NCBI GenBank assembly: GCA_047603125.1
Contig: JBLKOU010000008.1
Coordinates: 1-32,539, forward strand
Length of the DNA: 32,539 nucleotides
From: Candidatus Woesearchaeota archaeon
GTDB lineage: Archaea > Nanobdellota > Nanobdellia > Woesearchaeales > DATGWN01
Reading direction: 5' to 3'
The position numbers and the translations under genes were made by a program. Shown piece by piece: positions 7,740 to 17,544 of this stretch (its first letter is position 1; each line of letters opens with the position of its first letter). Below the pieces are notes generated by a model. It was not told the DNA's origin. It saw only the letters and a program-made list of their open reading frames with translations, and did not search any database.

Positions 7740-8372
7740 TTAGTACCGAAACCAATCATCTTGACGAATTTTCTTGTACTTTGTGACTTTTGACCATGGT
7801 TCAGGAATATATGATTCTTTTTTTTGCTCTACCACTTCTTCTTTTTTATCTTCAGGTTTTTTTTGCGTTGACGAAGATGATTTTTTTACCGGCTTTTTCG
7901 CTTTTTTTGGCGTAGGTTTCTTTTTAGCAACCTTTTTGACTGCTTTTTTTGTTACTTTCTTAACCGGCTTTTTTGCCTTTTTAACAGATTTTTTCGCTTT
8001 TTTAGCAGTTGTTTTCTTCTTAGCAACCTTCTTGGCTACGCGTTTGGTTGCCTTCTTAACCGGCTTTTTTGCCTTTTTAACAGATTTTTTGACTTTTTTA
8101 GCAGTTGTTTTCTTCTTAGAAACTTTTTTGGCTACGCGTTTGGTTGCCTTCTTAACCGGCTTTTTTGCCTTTTTCACCGTTTTTTTAGCTTTTTTAGCAG
8201 TTGTTTTCTTTTTGACAACTTTCTTCACTGCTCGTTTTGGCGCTTTTTTAACTGTTTTTTTAACTTTTTTCGCCCGAACAACTCGTTTTACTGCCTTTTT
8301 TGCTTTCTTACTTGCCCGTTTGACGGTCTTTTTTGCAGATTTTCTTGTGATTTTGGAAGCTTTTTTTGCCAT
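7740..8372 (-). CDS. Lys/Ala-rich histone H1/Hc2-like repetitive protein
   Basis: 210 aa dominated by K, A, V, T, P, R pentapeptide-like repeats; short acidic/aromatic C-terminal tail. Confidence 0.8.
   Translation of the reverse strand: MAKKASKITRKSAKKTVKRASKKAKKAVKRVVRAKKVKKTVKKAPKRAVKKVVKKKTTAKKAKKTVKKAKKPVKKATKRVAKKVSKKKTTAKKVKKSVKKAKKPVKKATKRVAKKVAKKKTTAKKAKKSVKKAKKPVKKVTKKAVKKVAKKKPTPKKAKKPVKKSSSSTQKKPEDKKEEVVEQKKESYIPEPWSKVTKYKKIRQDDWFRY
7915..8215. repeat. 96-bp in-frame tandem repeat (about 3 copies)
   Basis: cttaaccggcttttttgccttttt recurs at 7959, 8055 and 8151 (period 96 bp = 32 aa). Confidence 0.85.
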
Positions 8373-8420
8373 TTTTGCCTCTTTTATAAAGGATATACCA
8401 CTTTACGGTAAGCGTCTTAT

Positions 8421-9629
8421 TTAAATGTTGCTTTTTAAAACCATATTTTTGACTGCAACAAGTGGTTTTTTCTCAAAAAAGGCTAAACTTGCCCCGCCAC
8501 CAGTCGAGAGATGTGTGAATTTGGCACTTTTACCCGATTTTTTCACCGCACTCACTGTGTCTCCTCCCCCGACAATACTTACCAGGCCGTTTTTGGAACT
8601 TTGTGTGGCAATAGTTTTACAGAGCATATTTGTCGAGCCATCGTAGGGTTTCACTTCAAATACGCCAGTAGGCCCATTCCAAAAAACCATGCGCGCGTCT
8701 TTTAGATAAGACTGAAATTCTTTGACTGTGTGTGGACCAATATCAAAACCTGCTACTGTCGAAGTCATCTTTTCTATAGGAATCGTTTTTGACTGCTTTG
8801 CAGATAATGAACGAGCTACCACGACATCCTCGGGTAAAATCATTTTTGATCCATATTTTTTCAAAAACTGTTTTGCAATAAGAATTGAGGGCGTGTCAAC
8901 CAAACTTTTCCCGACAAAAACACCCTGTGCTTGTAAAAAGGTAAATGCAACAGCACCTCCTACTAAAACCGTATCTGCATTTTTAAGCAATTGCTCAAGT
9001 ATGGATACTTTATCCCCTATTTTTGCAAAACCAATAATAACAACCAAGGGTGAAGGCGCTTCTAATACTGTTTTTAAAAATGTAATTTCTTTTTGCATCA
9101 AAAACCCAATATATGAAGGCAGATACGACAATATCGCACTATTGGAAGCATGCTGGCGATGCGCTGTTCCAAAGGCATCATTGACATAATAATCACAACC
9201 CTGAGCTAAAACCTTTGCAAAAGCTCGACTATTTTTTTTCTCCCCATCAAAGAATCGAAGATTTTCATATAAATAAACACGGGATGCAGCTGCCGTATCA
9301 ATTGTTCCAGGTTCAATAAGAACCACTTTTTCTTTGAGAAGAGCAGATAACTTTTTTGCAACAGGTTTGAGTGAATAAGACTCATCTCGTCCCTTCGGGC
9401 GCCCCATATGGGACACACACACAACTGTTGCTCCACGTTCTAACAAATAATTAATCGTTTGCAAGCTTTGACGAATACGAGAATCATCAGTGATTTTTCC
9501 TTGCTTAAGAGGAACATTAAAATCGACTCGGACAAGAACTACCTTGTTTGTAAATGTGCGCTTTTTTGTAATTATTTTGCTTAACACTTCATTATAATAA
9601 TCCAAAGAGGATCTTGTTTTTTGTTTCAT
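8421..9629 (-). CDS. pgk: Phosphoglycerate kinase (bacterial-like)
   Basis: RVDFNVP, SHMGRP, ENLRF, YVNDAFGTAHR, WNGP.GVFE, GGGDT, HLSTGGGASL. Confidence 0.97.
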   Translation of the reverse strand: MKQKTRSSLDYYNEVLSKIITKKRTFTNKVVLVRVDFNVPLKQGKITDDSRIRQSLQTINYLLERGATVVCVSHMGRPKGRDESYSLKPVAKKLSALLKEKVVLIEPGTIDTAAASRVYLYENLRFFDGEKKNSRAFAKVLAQGCDYYVNDAFGTAHRQHASNSAILSYLPSYIGFLMQKEITFLKTVLEAPSPLVVIIGFAKIGDKVSILEQLLKNADTVLVGGAVAFTFLQAQGVFVGKSLVDTPSILIAKQFLKKYGSKMILPEDVVVARSLSAKQSKTIPIEKMTSTVAGFDIGPHTVKEFQSYLKDARMVFWNGPTGVFEVKPYDGSTNMLCKTIATQSSKNGLVSIVGGGDTVSAVKKSGKSAKFTHLSTGGGASLAFFEKKPLVAVKNMVLKSNI

Positions 9630-9633
9630 AATA

Positions 9634-10512
9634 TCACACTCTTTTTTTTCTTTTTTTCTGACGTTTACTCAGTTTTTTTTGTTTACTACTTTTGTTATTA
9701 AAATTATTGTTAGTCAAGCTATTATCACTTTCTGTTACTTTTCTTAAAAAATACCACAAAAGCCACAAACCAACACCAAAACCGATGATACTCATAAATT
9801 GCCAACTAGATAATCCAAGCCACCGAATCGATTCTTCGCGAAAGAAATCAGTAATAAATCGTAACACACTATACCCAAAAATAAAAACACCCACGCGCAT
9901 GCCAGGTTTATTCAACCAAGATGTTTTGAAAATGAGAATCAAAATAATAAGTGCAAGAAAAAAATGAGATACGCTCGCATATAATTGATACGGGTGCCTG
10001 CACGCTTGCTCAAAAACTAAGGGCTGAACAGATTCGACAAAATTCACACACCAGGGCGTCTGTGCTTTTGTTGTAATCGTTCCCACAAGCTCTTGATTAA
10101 TAAAATTAGCAATACGGCCAAAGGCTAAAACAATTAACCCCGGCAATACTAGAATGTCTCCCACACGCAACACCGATGCACCAATTCGTTTTGCATACCA
10201 CCACGCACCCAAAAATAAACCTATAACACCACCCAGAAAGGCCATCCCTCCGCGATGAATTGCTAAAACTTCCAAAGGTTGCGTGAAAAAAATGAGCGGA
10301 TCTGAAAATAAAAAATGAACAATACGAGCTCCAACAATTAATCCAATGCCACCAAAAAAAACAAGGTTTGAGCATTGATCTTTATTCAATCCTAGCCGAG
10401 ATGCATTCTTTTTTAGAACCCAATACATAAGTAAAAAACCAAGCGCATAGACTACACCATAATAATGAATTGGCGTTCCAGGAATTGTTGGCGAGATATA
10501 AAAGGAAACCAT
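9634..10512 (-). CDS. lgt: Prolipoprotein diacylglyceryl transferase
   Basis: YYG..Y, GAR, GGMAF.GG, GRIANFINQEL.G, RHPYQLY, RFITDFFRE; start moved to MVSF (10512), which follows a TATA-like box. Confidence 0.9.
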   Translation of the reverse strand: MVSFYISPTIPGTPIHYYGVVYALGFLLMYWVLKKNASRLGLNKDQCSNLVFFGGIGLIVGARIVHFLFSDPLIFFTQPLEVLAIHRGGMAFLGGVIGLFLGAWWYAKRIGASVLRVGDILVLPGLIVLAFGRIANFINQELVGTITTKAQTPWCVNFVESVQPLVFEQACRHPYQLYASVSHFFLALIILILIFKTSWLNKPGMRVGVFIFGYSVLRFITDFFREESIRWLGLSSWQFMSIIGFGVGLWLLWYFLRKVTESDNSLTNNNFNNKSSKQKKLSKRQKKRKKRV

Positions 10513-10667
10513 GCTCTTCTTGAACAAAGGAGTCTTTAAATGAGTTTCGCAGAATTTGGGAAAAAAATCAGAATTACACATTATTTTTGAAAATATTTCA
10601 ACAATGACCGAAATCTTTCCGTTTTTCTATCCAAAGATATTAATCGCATACAACCATACAAATAATT

Positions 10668-11519
10668 ATGAATCCAAACCCTATGCTTGGAACAATCGGA
10701 CGACCTAAAAACTATCACTTCACTGATTTATGTCCTATTGTCGATGATATTAAAAAAAATCAGAGTCAACTTGAACGGTATGTTTGGGATCATACCAGCC
10801 CTGTTGCACGAGCTTTGCAAACTTGCAAAAGAACACTCGGATTAGAAAATAGAATTATTCCTATCACTCATGTCATTGGAATGCAACGAGCAAGCGTAGA
10901 GCGATATAATACAATTACAAAAACAATCAAACTCAAGGCGACACTCCAAGAACAAGAACTCGCAAAAAAAATAACAGGATATTTACAACAAGTCAAACAA
11001 GAAGCAAAAACCAAACCATCTCAAAGCGCACAGATAGATGATGTTCTTGAACTCTACTCACTTGAGAAACCCACAAAAGATGTAATTGATAAACGCAGAA
11101 ATCGCCTTAACTCACTGCATCAAAACCATTTATACACTGTACGCGAACAATTATTGAACACTTCTATAACATATGCACTTGAAGTTGAGCAACTCATTAG
11201 TCACACCAAGCATCATGCACAAGTACTACACGAATATGGACAATCGTATCTGCGCTTTATTGATGACACACTTGAACCCCTCTTATTTGTTGGTGCAAGC
11301 TCGTTTGTACTCGACAATCTCAAACAATCAATGGGGACGCTTCAAACACTGGCACAATCAATCACACAAGAAACTATGGCTGCCGTTAGTAGTAACGCAA
11401 GGCTTGCTCCCACGAATTATCATGAACAATTCACACCACAAACACAAGCTATTGGCCAAACATATACAAGAACACTCCCTTCATCAAATACGAATTCACG
11501 ACTTGACTCGTCAATATAG
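10668..11519 (+). CDS. Hypothetical helical protein
   Basis: 283-aa ORF with no recognised motif. Confidence 0.7.
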   Translation: MNPNPMLGTIGRPKNYHFTDLCPIVDDIKKNQSQLERYVWDHTSPVARALQTCKRTLGLENRIIPITHVIGMQRASVERYNTITKTIKLKATLQEQELAKKITGYLQQVKQEAKTKPSQSAQIDDVLELYSLEKPTKDVIDKRRNRLNSLHQNHLYTVREQLLNTSITYALEVEQLISHTKHHAQVLHEYGQSYLRFIDDTLEPLLFVGASSFVLDNLKQSMGTLQTLAQSITQETMAAVSSNARLAPTNYHEQFTPQTQAIGQTYTRTLPSSNTNSRLDSSI

Positions 11520-11970
11520 CCTTGCGCTTATTGATGAGTCGGTGAATTCACCATTTCGATTAAATAGGGAGCTTGCATTACGCGCAAATATCATTCGACA
11601 AAAAAAGAATACGCAAAGCCAAAAATCATTTGAAATTTATACCTACCTTGAACAAAAATTACGCTATGGTCGAACAAATCAAACATACGGAGACTCCCAA
11701 GAAGTCTGGGAATCCAAGCGAGGCGTTTGTGGGGAAATGAGTGTTTTATACATTTCCATGGCGCGGTTTTGCGGGATACAAAGTGCATATGTTCATGTGA
11801 CAAAAGATATAGACTCAAGGTCTGTTAATCACGCATGCGCAGTCTCTTATGTACCTGGACCTCTGTTTGTTGATATTGCATACCATCGTTTTAATATTTC
11901 ACATAAAGAATACAAGATTATCACAGATAAAGAATTATTTCGGAGATATCAACTATGGCGAGAAAAATAA
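11503..11970 (+). CDS. Transglutaminase-like (papain-fold) protein; start uncertain
   Basis: G.CGEMS.LY..MAR..GI, NHAC and VDIAY give a Cys-His-Asp triad; frame open from 11173; TTG 11503 chosen to minimise overlap. Confidence 0.8.
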   Translation: MTRQYSLALIDESVNSPFRLNRELALRANIIRQKKNTQSQKSFEIYTYLEQKLRYGRTNQTYGDSQEVWESKRGVCGEMSVLYISMARFCGIQSAYVHVTKDIDSRSVNHACAVSYVPGPLFVDIAYHRFNISHKEYKIITDKELFRRYQLWREK

Positions 11971-12221
11971 TACTCTTTCTCTGCGTTCTTTTGGGAACAC
12001 CTATTGCATTTTCAGCGTGCATACAAGCACAAGAAGTTTTGTATCAGAGCGAGCGAATCATTATTTTTTTAGAACCTTCCCAATCGTATCACTGCGTACA
12101 AATTCCAACGCCTCTTTCTCATGAACAAACCACGGAATATTTTTTATTAGAGCATTTTCAAACGATTGCTTTTTTTGTTGTGACGCTCATATTGCTCTTT
12201 ATCATTTGGTTTATAAAATAA
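11955..12221 (+). CDS. Small exported or membrane protein with a lipobox-like motif
   Basis: Basic N-terminus, hydrophobic stretch, AFSA-C, and a C-terminal TM helix. Confidence 0.6.
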   Translation: MARKIILFLCVLLGTPIAFSACIQAQEVLYQSERIIIFLEPSQSYHCVQIPTPLSHEQTTEYFLLEHFQTIAFFVVTLILLFIIWFIK

Positions 12222-12282
12222 GAAAAAAACAACGCCTCTATTTCCAAAATCATTTTAAAGACTAAATTCATTTACTCACACT

Positions 12283-12678
12283 ATGGCATTAAACGAACCT
12301 ACTTCGATGGAAGATTTATTATACTTTACAAATAGAACACTAGAAAACGGTGGATGGGCAAAAGCTTGGGTTTATAGACCGGAAGCTCCTTCAGGAAAAG
12401 GAAAACTGGGTAAACCAAAAGACCCAAAAACAGGTAAAACAAAAGTCCGCTCAACTGTGTATGTCGATGATGATGGAAATGAATATCCAAAAAGTGAAAT
12501 TGATCCAACGCTTCTTTTAGAAATTAAATATAGATCGCCATTTACAGGAGAAGAGGGTGAAACGACTGTACCTTTCAAACGAAAAAAATACAAAGGTGTC
12601 GATGCGTTTGTTTTTGAAGATGCGCAAGGAAATAAAATTCCAATTACAAAAAAACTTAAGGAAATTAAGAAAAAATGA
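12283..12678 (+). CDS. Conserved basic archaeal hypothetical protein (beta-rich, Cys-free)
   Basis: 131 aa; EP.SM..L.YFT.R, AKAWV, GKPKDPKTGK.K.R, PFKRKK..GVDA.VF, ITKKLK; TATA-like box 22 nt upstream. Confidence 0.8.
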   Translation: MALNEPTSMEDLLYFTNRTLENGGWAKAWVYRPEAPSGKGKLGKPKDPKTGKTKVRSTVYVDDDGNEYPKSEIDPTLLLEIKYRSPFTGEEGETTVPFKRKKYKGVDAFVFEDAQGNKIPITKKLKEIKKK

Positions 12679-13334
12679 TTCGCGCAGTATTACTTGACTT
12701 AGATAATACTGTCTATCCCTTTGAGCCTGCACAAAGAGAAGGTCTCAAAAAAGCGTTTGTCATCTACAAAACTGAATTTTCTGGTTCTTTTGAGCAATTT
12801 GTCAAAAAATTTGAGAATGCGCGAGAGCAAGTAAGTCTGAGACTTAACAATAGCCCAAGTTCGCATAATCGCATTCTTATTTTCAAAGAACTCTTAGAAA
12901 GCAATCACCAATGTTATTCATTGACACTTCTAAAAAAAATATATGATCAATATCAAAAAGCGTTTTTGAAAAAAATAAAACTGCACCCGCAAGTAAAAGA
13001 TTTCTTTGCTTTTTGTCAAAAAAGAAATCTTCCAATTGCTATTCTTTCCGATCATACAACACTGCAACAAACTGACAAAATTCTCGAAGCAAAAATAGAT
13101 ACAAAGATCGCTTTGCTCATAACCAGCGAAGAAGTGGGTTATGATAAACCGAAAAAAGAAATGTTCGAATATGTATGTCAGAAGCTAGATGTGAAATTTG
13201 AGGAGTGTGTGATGATTGGAGACAATCCTGTGCGCGATATCGAGGGTGCAAAAAAGATTGGTATGAAAACAATTCTTGTTCAAAAGACCTTCGCTCCTGT
13301 TTTAGGTGAGTTGAAAAAACTACTCCGGGCGTAA
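12675..13334 (+). CDS. HAD-superfamily hydrolase
   Basis: DLDNT motif I, LSD, KP, IGDNPVRDIEGA motif IV. Confidence 0.93.
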   Translation: MIRAVLLDLDNTVYPFEPAQREGLKKAFVIYKTEFSGSFEQFVKKFENAREQVSLRLNNSPSSHNRILIFKELLESNHQCYSLTLLKKIYDQYQKAFLKKIKLHPQVKDFFAFCQKRNLPIAILSDHTTLQQTDKILEAKIDTKIALLITSEEVGYDKPKKEMFEYVCQKLDVKFEECVMIGDNPVRDIEGAKKIGMKTILVQKTFAPVLGELKKLLRA

Positions 13335-16145
13335 AACGATGGGCTGACCGGGGAGTGCTTTTGGAAGAGAGTCATTAGCTTCTAAAATTTCTACCGATTG
13401 ACACTGCGTCTGTTCTTTGAAAAAAGAAACGACTGATTCTAGCAATTCTAATTCTTTTTCTTTTGATAAAAAAGAATCCAATCCCCCTTTGAGTGTTTTT
13501 GGTACAAACTTAGTGATAAAAGCTTTTTCTTGCGGATATGTTCGCATGAGCGGAGCAAAAATTTCTTTTATGTTACTTGTTTTTTGTAGCAAACCGTTTA
13601 AATCCTCAAAAAGTGAAAATCGGTGCTCTGGTGCCTGAACTATGCGCAATGTTTTTCCTGCAAAATCAAATTGAGATGCTTTTGTTATTATATGCTGCAC
13701 AATTTTTTCAATATCTTCAACATGTTTGTGCTGATATTTTTTCACATCTGTTGTAAATGAACTCACACTGAGAAGTTCTTTTTGATTTGGATTACATTCC
13801 TCACAAAAATGAGGAACGACAGGTGTCATAATCAGTAAATAGTCTTGTAAAATAAATCGAAGTGCGCGATTTGTTGTCTGTGATCGCCTTTGATGATAAA
13901 AAATATCGTTTAAAAATTCATACAAGATAATTACATAGGCTTCACGAACCTTTGATTGATTCATTAAATCAAAATATTCTTGAGCTTTTGAGTAGAATCG
14001 AGAGACAAGCCATTTATCAATATCGCTTAATTGTTCGTATGATACGAGCGGTTCGCTTTTGACGTCTAATAACAGTGATTTCCAGCGAGAAAAACGCTTT
14101 TCTAGTTGCATAATTTCACTATCGCGAAAATCCATCTCCGATTCAATTGTAGCTCCAACTGCAACATATAAGCGATATAAATCCACACCAAATAATTCTT
14201 GTACTTTAATGAGTGGTATGCCATTACCTTTAGATTTTGAAATTTTATGGCCTTCTTTAATTAATAATCCACCAACAGTAATATGCTTTGGTTGATACTC
14301 AACTGGAAATATAACAGCATAATGATAAATTAAAAAAGATAAGTGATTGGACATATGCGGAGGTGCAGTATAGCGAAAATCAAATGACTTCCAATATGAA
14401 ACTTGCTTTCTTGCTTCTTGTACTATCTCTTGCGTTACAGATCCTTTTTGAGCTTTTTGTAAAGAACCTTTTTCTAAGAGAACATACTCAAAAAAATCAA
14501 GCGTTAAATCATCAGGATGACAATCTTTCATTACATGAGCAAAACTATAATACATCTGATAAATTGTTGAATCAGAAAGTGACTCGATAACCCACTCTTT
14601 ATCAAAGGGAAGCGGAGTTCCAATACCGCGTTTTCTTGCACAGGGTCGTTTTTGTACCCATGTTAAATACCCTTTTTGACTTTCTTTTAATGTTTGTGGG
14701 TAGTATGTCATTTGGTCAAGTAAATCATATGCTTTTTGTTTTATCTGCTCATTACTGTAATCTAAAAACCACTGGCCATCTAAGTTGGCAACAATAACAG
14801 GGTTTTGTGCACGTGTTTGTGCTCGTCTGGATGTATCTAAGAAAATGCCTCCAAGTCGTGTCTCAACGAGTGCCTGTGTAACTTTTTCTTTTGCATGCTT
14901 TATAGGAATATTTGCAAACTCACCGCACTCTTGATTTAAGACTCCACCATAATGTTCAAGTTTATACAATTCTTGTTTTGCGTCTTCAAGCTTTGGATCT
15001 GTTGATGTTGTAATACCGTATTTTTGCACCATGTGATGCGCAGGACACTCGCCATTCCACTCAATAATATTTGACTTTTTATCTTTGGTAACAACTGTGT
15101 TAATTACTTGTACATCGCAAGATAATCGCCCATCTTTTTTTGCTTCTACTAATCCCATATAATCATGAGGACTTCCTGCAGGAGAGGAGTATACTAATCC
15201 AGTCCCATGAAATGAATCAATAAAGTCCGCGCTAGCAATGGGTACTTCGCGGTTAATGAGGGGTGTTTGGAATGTTTTTCCTAACAACTCTTTTCCTTGG
15301 AGTTCATTGAGTACTGCTACATCACCGTATTGGTGTACAATCTTTGTGAGCGCATCTTTGCCAACAATCCACACTTGATCTTTGACACGAACACGAACAA
15401 GTGTGTGGTTTGGGTCCACCCATAAATTTGTCGTACCAAATAATGCATCAGGTCTAAGCGTTGCAACGGCAAAGTATTGGTCTTCTTGTGTATCTTTGAA
15501 TAAAATATAGACCATCTCTTGAATGGTAACTTTATCAACATCACCATCTTTTATATCATCCTCACCGACTGCGTTTTGATCAACAGGGCTATAAAGAATC
15601 GGATACTTACCTTGAATAAGCATTCCTGCTTCTTTGAGTTTTGTAAATTGCCATTCTATGAATTTTTGATATGGTTTATCACCCGTAGTAAATTGTCTTG
15701 TCCAGTCAATACTGATTCCAACCGAATCAAAGGTTTGCTCTATTTTTGAAGAAAAATAATCTGCAATTGCAAAAGGATCTGTAAAAGATTGTAAAATTTG
15801 TTCTTGTTTTTTCTCATCAAATTCATAATAGGCAATTGCCTCTTTTGTCATTTTAATGGTGCTTGGATCTTTTCTTGCTAAACCATCACAAACTGCAAGA
15901 ACGGGTGTTCCGGATATATGAAAACCCATAGGAAATAATACATTTTTTCCAAGAAGGCGTTGATAACGAGTAAGAATGTCAGCCGCAACCATTGTTCGAC
16001 CATGTCCAATATGTAATGCAGAATTTGCATACGGATATGGTACCGTTGCAAAATATTTTTCTTTTGTTGTGTCAATTTTTGGAACAAAGACTTGCTGTTG
16101 CTTCCACGCTTCTTGCCACTTTTTCTCATATGCGATTTTTGCCAT
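13320..16145 (-). CDS. leuS: Leucine--tRNA ligase (archaeal/eukaryal type)
   Basis: PYPYANSALHIGH, ATLRPD editing-domain motif, KISKSKGN, C-terminal KALPGQP. Confidence 0.96.
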   Translation of the reverse strand: MAKIAYEKKWQEAWKQQQVFVPKIDTTKEKYFATVPYPYANSALHIGHGRTMVAADILTRYQRLLGKNVLFPMGFHISGTPVLAVCDGLARKDPSTIKMTKEAIAYYEFDEKKQEQILQSFTDPFAIADYFSSKIEQTFDSVGISIDWTRQFTTGDKPYQKFIEWQFTKLKEAGMLIQGKYPILYSPVDQNAVGEDDIKDGDVDKVTIQEMVYILFKDTQEDQYFAVATLRPDALFGTTNLWVDPNHTLVRVRVKDQVWIVGKDALTKIVHQYGDVAVLNELQGKELLGKTFQTPLINREVPIASADFIDSFHGTGLVYSSPAGSPHDYMGLVEAKKDGRLSCDVQVINTVVTKDKKSNIIEWNGECPAHHMVQKYGITTSTDPKLEDAKQELYKLEHYGGVLNQECGEFANIPIKHAKEKVTQALVETRLGGIFLDTSRRAQTRAQNPVIVANLDGQWFLDYSNEQIKQKAYDLLDQMTYYPQTLKESQKGYLTWVQKRPCARKRGIGTPLPFDKEWVIESLSDSTIYQMYYSFAHVMKDCHPDDLTLDFFEYVLLEKGSLQKAQKGSVTQEIVQEARKQVSYWKSFDFRYTAPPHMSNHLSFLIYHYAVIFPVEYQPKHITVGGLLIKEGHKISKSKGNGIPLIKVQELFGVDLYRLYVAVGATIESEMDFRDSEIMQLEKRFSRWKSLLLDVKSEPLVSYEQLSDIDKWLVSRFYSKAQEYFDLMNQSKVREAYVIILYEFLNDIFYHQRRSQTTNRALRFILQDYLLIMTPVVPHFCEECNPNQKELLSVSSFTTDVKKYQHKHVEDIEKIVQHIITKASQFDFAGKTLRIVQAPEHRFSLFEDLNGLLQKTSNIKEIFAPLMRTYPQEKAFITKFVPKTLKGGLDSFLSKEKELELLESVVSFFKEQTQCQSVEILEANDSLPKALPGQPIVLRPE

Positions 16146-16172
16146 CGTTTTATGTGGGGAACACTATTCTTT

Positions 16173-16874
16173 TTAAAGATTTAGTCGAGAAACAATATCT
16201 TCATGAATGACTTGTATGGGTCGATTACCATCAATGCGAACAATTCTTTTATATTGCGGGTGATTTTCGGGCAAGTTCCGGTAATATTGATGCTCTGCCA
16301 AATACCCTTGCCGGACTTTTTCAAAAAAACTGGGAGGCATATTATCATTTTTATCTTCTGTTTGTGGACGTTTTTTCTTTCGCTCAAGTGCAACTTCATA
16401 AGGAATATCGAGTAAAAATGTTTGTGTTATATTCATACCACGCCTTTCAAGAATTTGCTGATTTGCTTTTCGTATATCCTCTAATAAATCCGGCGCTTTT
16501 ACATGTCCTTGATACACAGCAGTAGAATCAACAGAGCGATCCCAAATAATCACTTTTCCTTGGGCAAGTTCTTGCTTTGCAATGTCATAGAGCATTGCTC
16601 TGGAAGCTAAAAATAAATGCATTTCTGTGTCTGGTTCGAGTGATTTTGCAATGCCAACTAACTGTTCTGCAGGAATCGTCAAATATTGTTTTGCATAGGG
16701 AGTGTCCGCAATTCCTTTAAGCATCGCGCGAAGAATGTCTCCAGGTTGTGTTCCTCCCGGTTCATAAAAATTGATGTGGGATAATCTATGTCCTTTGTAA
16801 GTCAAATATGATTTTAATAACCCAATTTGTTCGCCTTTGCCTGCAAACTCTCCGCCCTCAAATGTGATAATCAT
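16173..16874 (-). CDS. tmk: Thymidylate kinase
   Basis: ITFEGGEFAGK, EPGGT, LFLASR, DRSVDSTAVYQG, F..KVRQGYL. Confidence 0.92.
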   Translation of the reverse strand: MIITFEGGEFAGKGEQIGLLKSYLTYKGHRLSHINFYEPGGTQPGDILRAMLKGIADTPYAKQYLTIPAEQLVGIAKSLEPDTEMHLFLASRAMLYDIAKQELAQGKVIIWDRSVDSTAVYQGHVKAPDLLEDIRKANQQILERRGMNITQTFLLDIPYEVALERKKKRPQTEDKNDNMPPSFFEKVRQGYLAEHQYYRNLPENHPQYKRIVRIDGNRPIQVIHEDIVSRLNL

Positions 16875-17261
16875 CTAAGAAAAAAGAGTTGGGAGGATGT
16901 TTATATACTTACCTATGTATAAGAGTGTAAAGAGCACATACCACGGCCAATATCGAAAAAAAATCTGTTTAAAAGAATGCCGAGTTTGCGAAAAACCATG
17001 CAAAAACATAACAATTGCAATGTAGGGATCTGCAAACAACGGCGTAAATGCGTAGAGTATGTGCCACTTTCGCAGCAAAAGTGCAATGATTGCAAGCGGT
17101 AATAAGTAGAGCGAAACAATGGTGTAGACTATAATTAGGGACACTTCAGTTAGAGATTTATACAATCGTAACCAGACTTCTCCCGCCTGTGCTTCTTCTT
17201 TAGCGTCATTATAGAGCATTCGTCCAATATACTCACCCAACCAGCCGACAAATAAATACAT
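16875..17261 (-). CDS. Hypothetical membrane protein
   Basis: 128-aa hydrophobic ORF abutting the tmk start. Confidence 0.65.
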   Translation of the reverse strand: MYLFVGWLGEYIGRMLYNDAKEEAQAGEVWLRLYKSLTEVSLIIVYTIVSLYLLPLAIIALLLRKWHILYAFTPLFADPYIAIVMFLHGFSQTRHSFKQIFFRYWPWYVLFTLLYIGKYINILPTLFS

Positions 17262-17297
17262 GGTCAGTTTGAAGATGAATCGCTTTAAAAGTTTTTA

Positions 17298-17470
17298 GGG
17301 TTGACTGGCACCATCCAAAAAATAAGAAAAAAGAGCACCTTGCAGCAAAGTCAGAAAATTTGGCGATTCATACAGCCAAATTTTCGCATGATACTCAAAG
17401 CGGGACTCTTGAGCCAAATCTGCGTGCTCTTCTTTGAAAAACAATTATTAGATGAAGACGGGTTGACTAG
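17298..17470 (-). repeat. Structured intergenic repeat, family B (form without the insert)
   Basis: Reverse-complement match to 2417-2627; bounded by direct repeats gggttgact (17298-17306 and 17460-17468). Confidence 0.88.
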
Positions 17471-17544
17471 CTTCATTTTAAAAACACCCTATAGACAGAG
17501 GAACATAACAAACCTTTAAATATGCAAGATTTAGATAAATACAA

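Noticed and set aside
7774..8424. 216-aa Phe/Leu-rich ORF resembling a membrane protein
   Set aside because: Antisense shadow of the Lys-rich repeat gene (AAA codons read as TTT)
14780..15610. Missing zinc-ligand cysteines in LeuRS
   Set aside because: As I recall, Cys-free versions of these motifs occur in other archaeal LeuRS, so this is not distinctive
17301..17519. 72-aa ORF
   Set aside because: Lies within repeat family B; TTG start and no recognisable protein features
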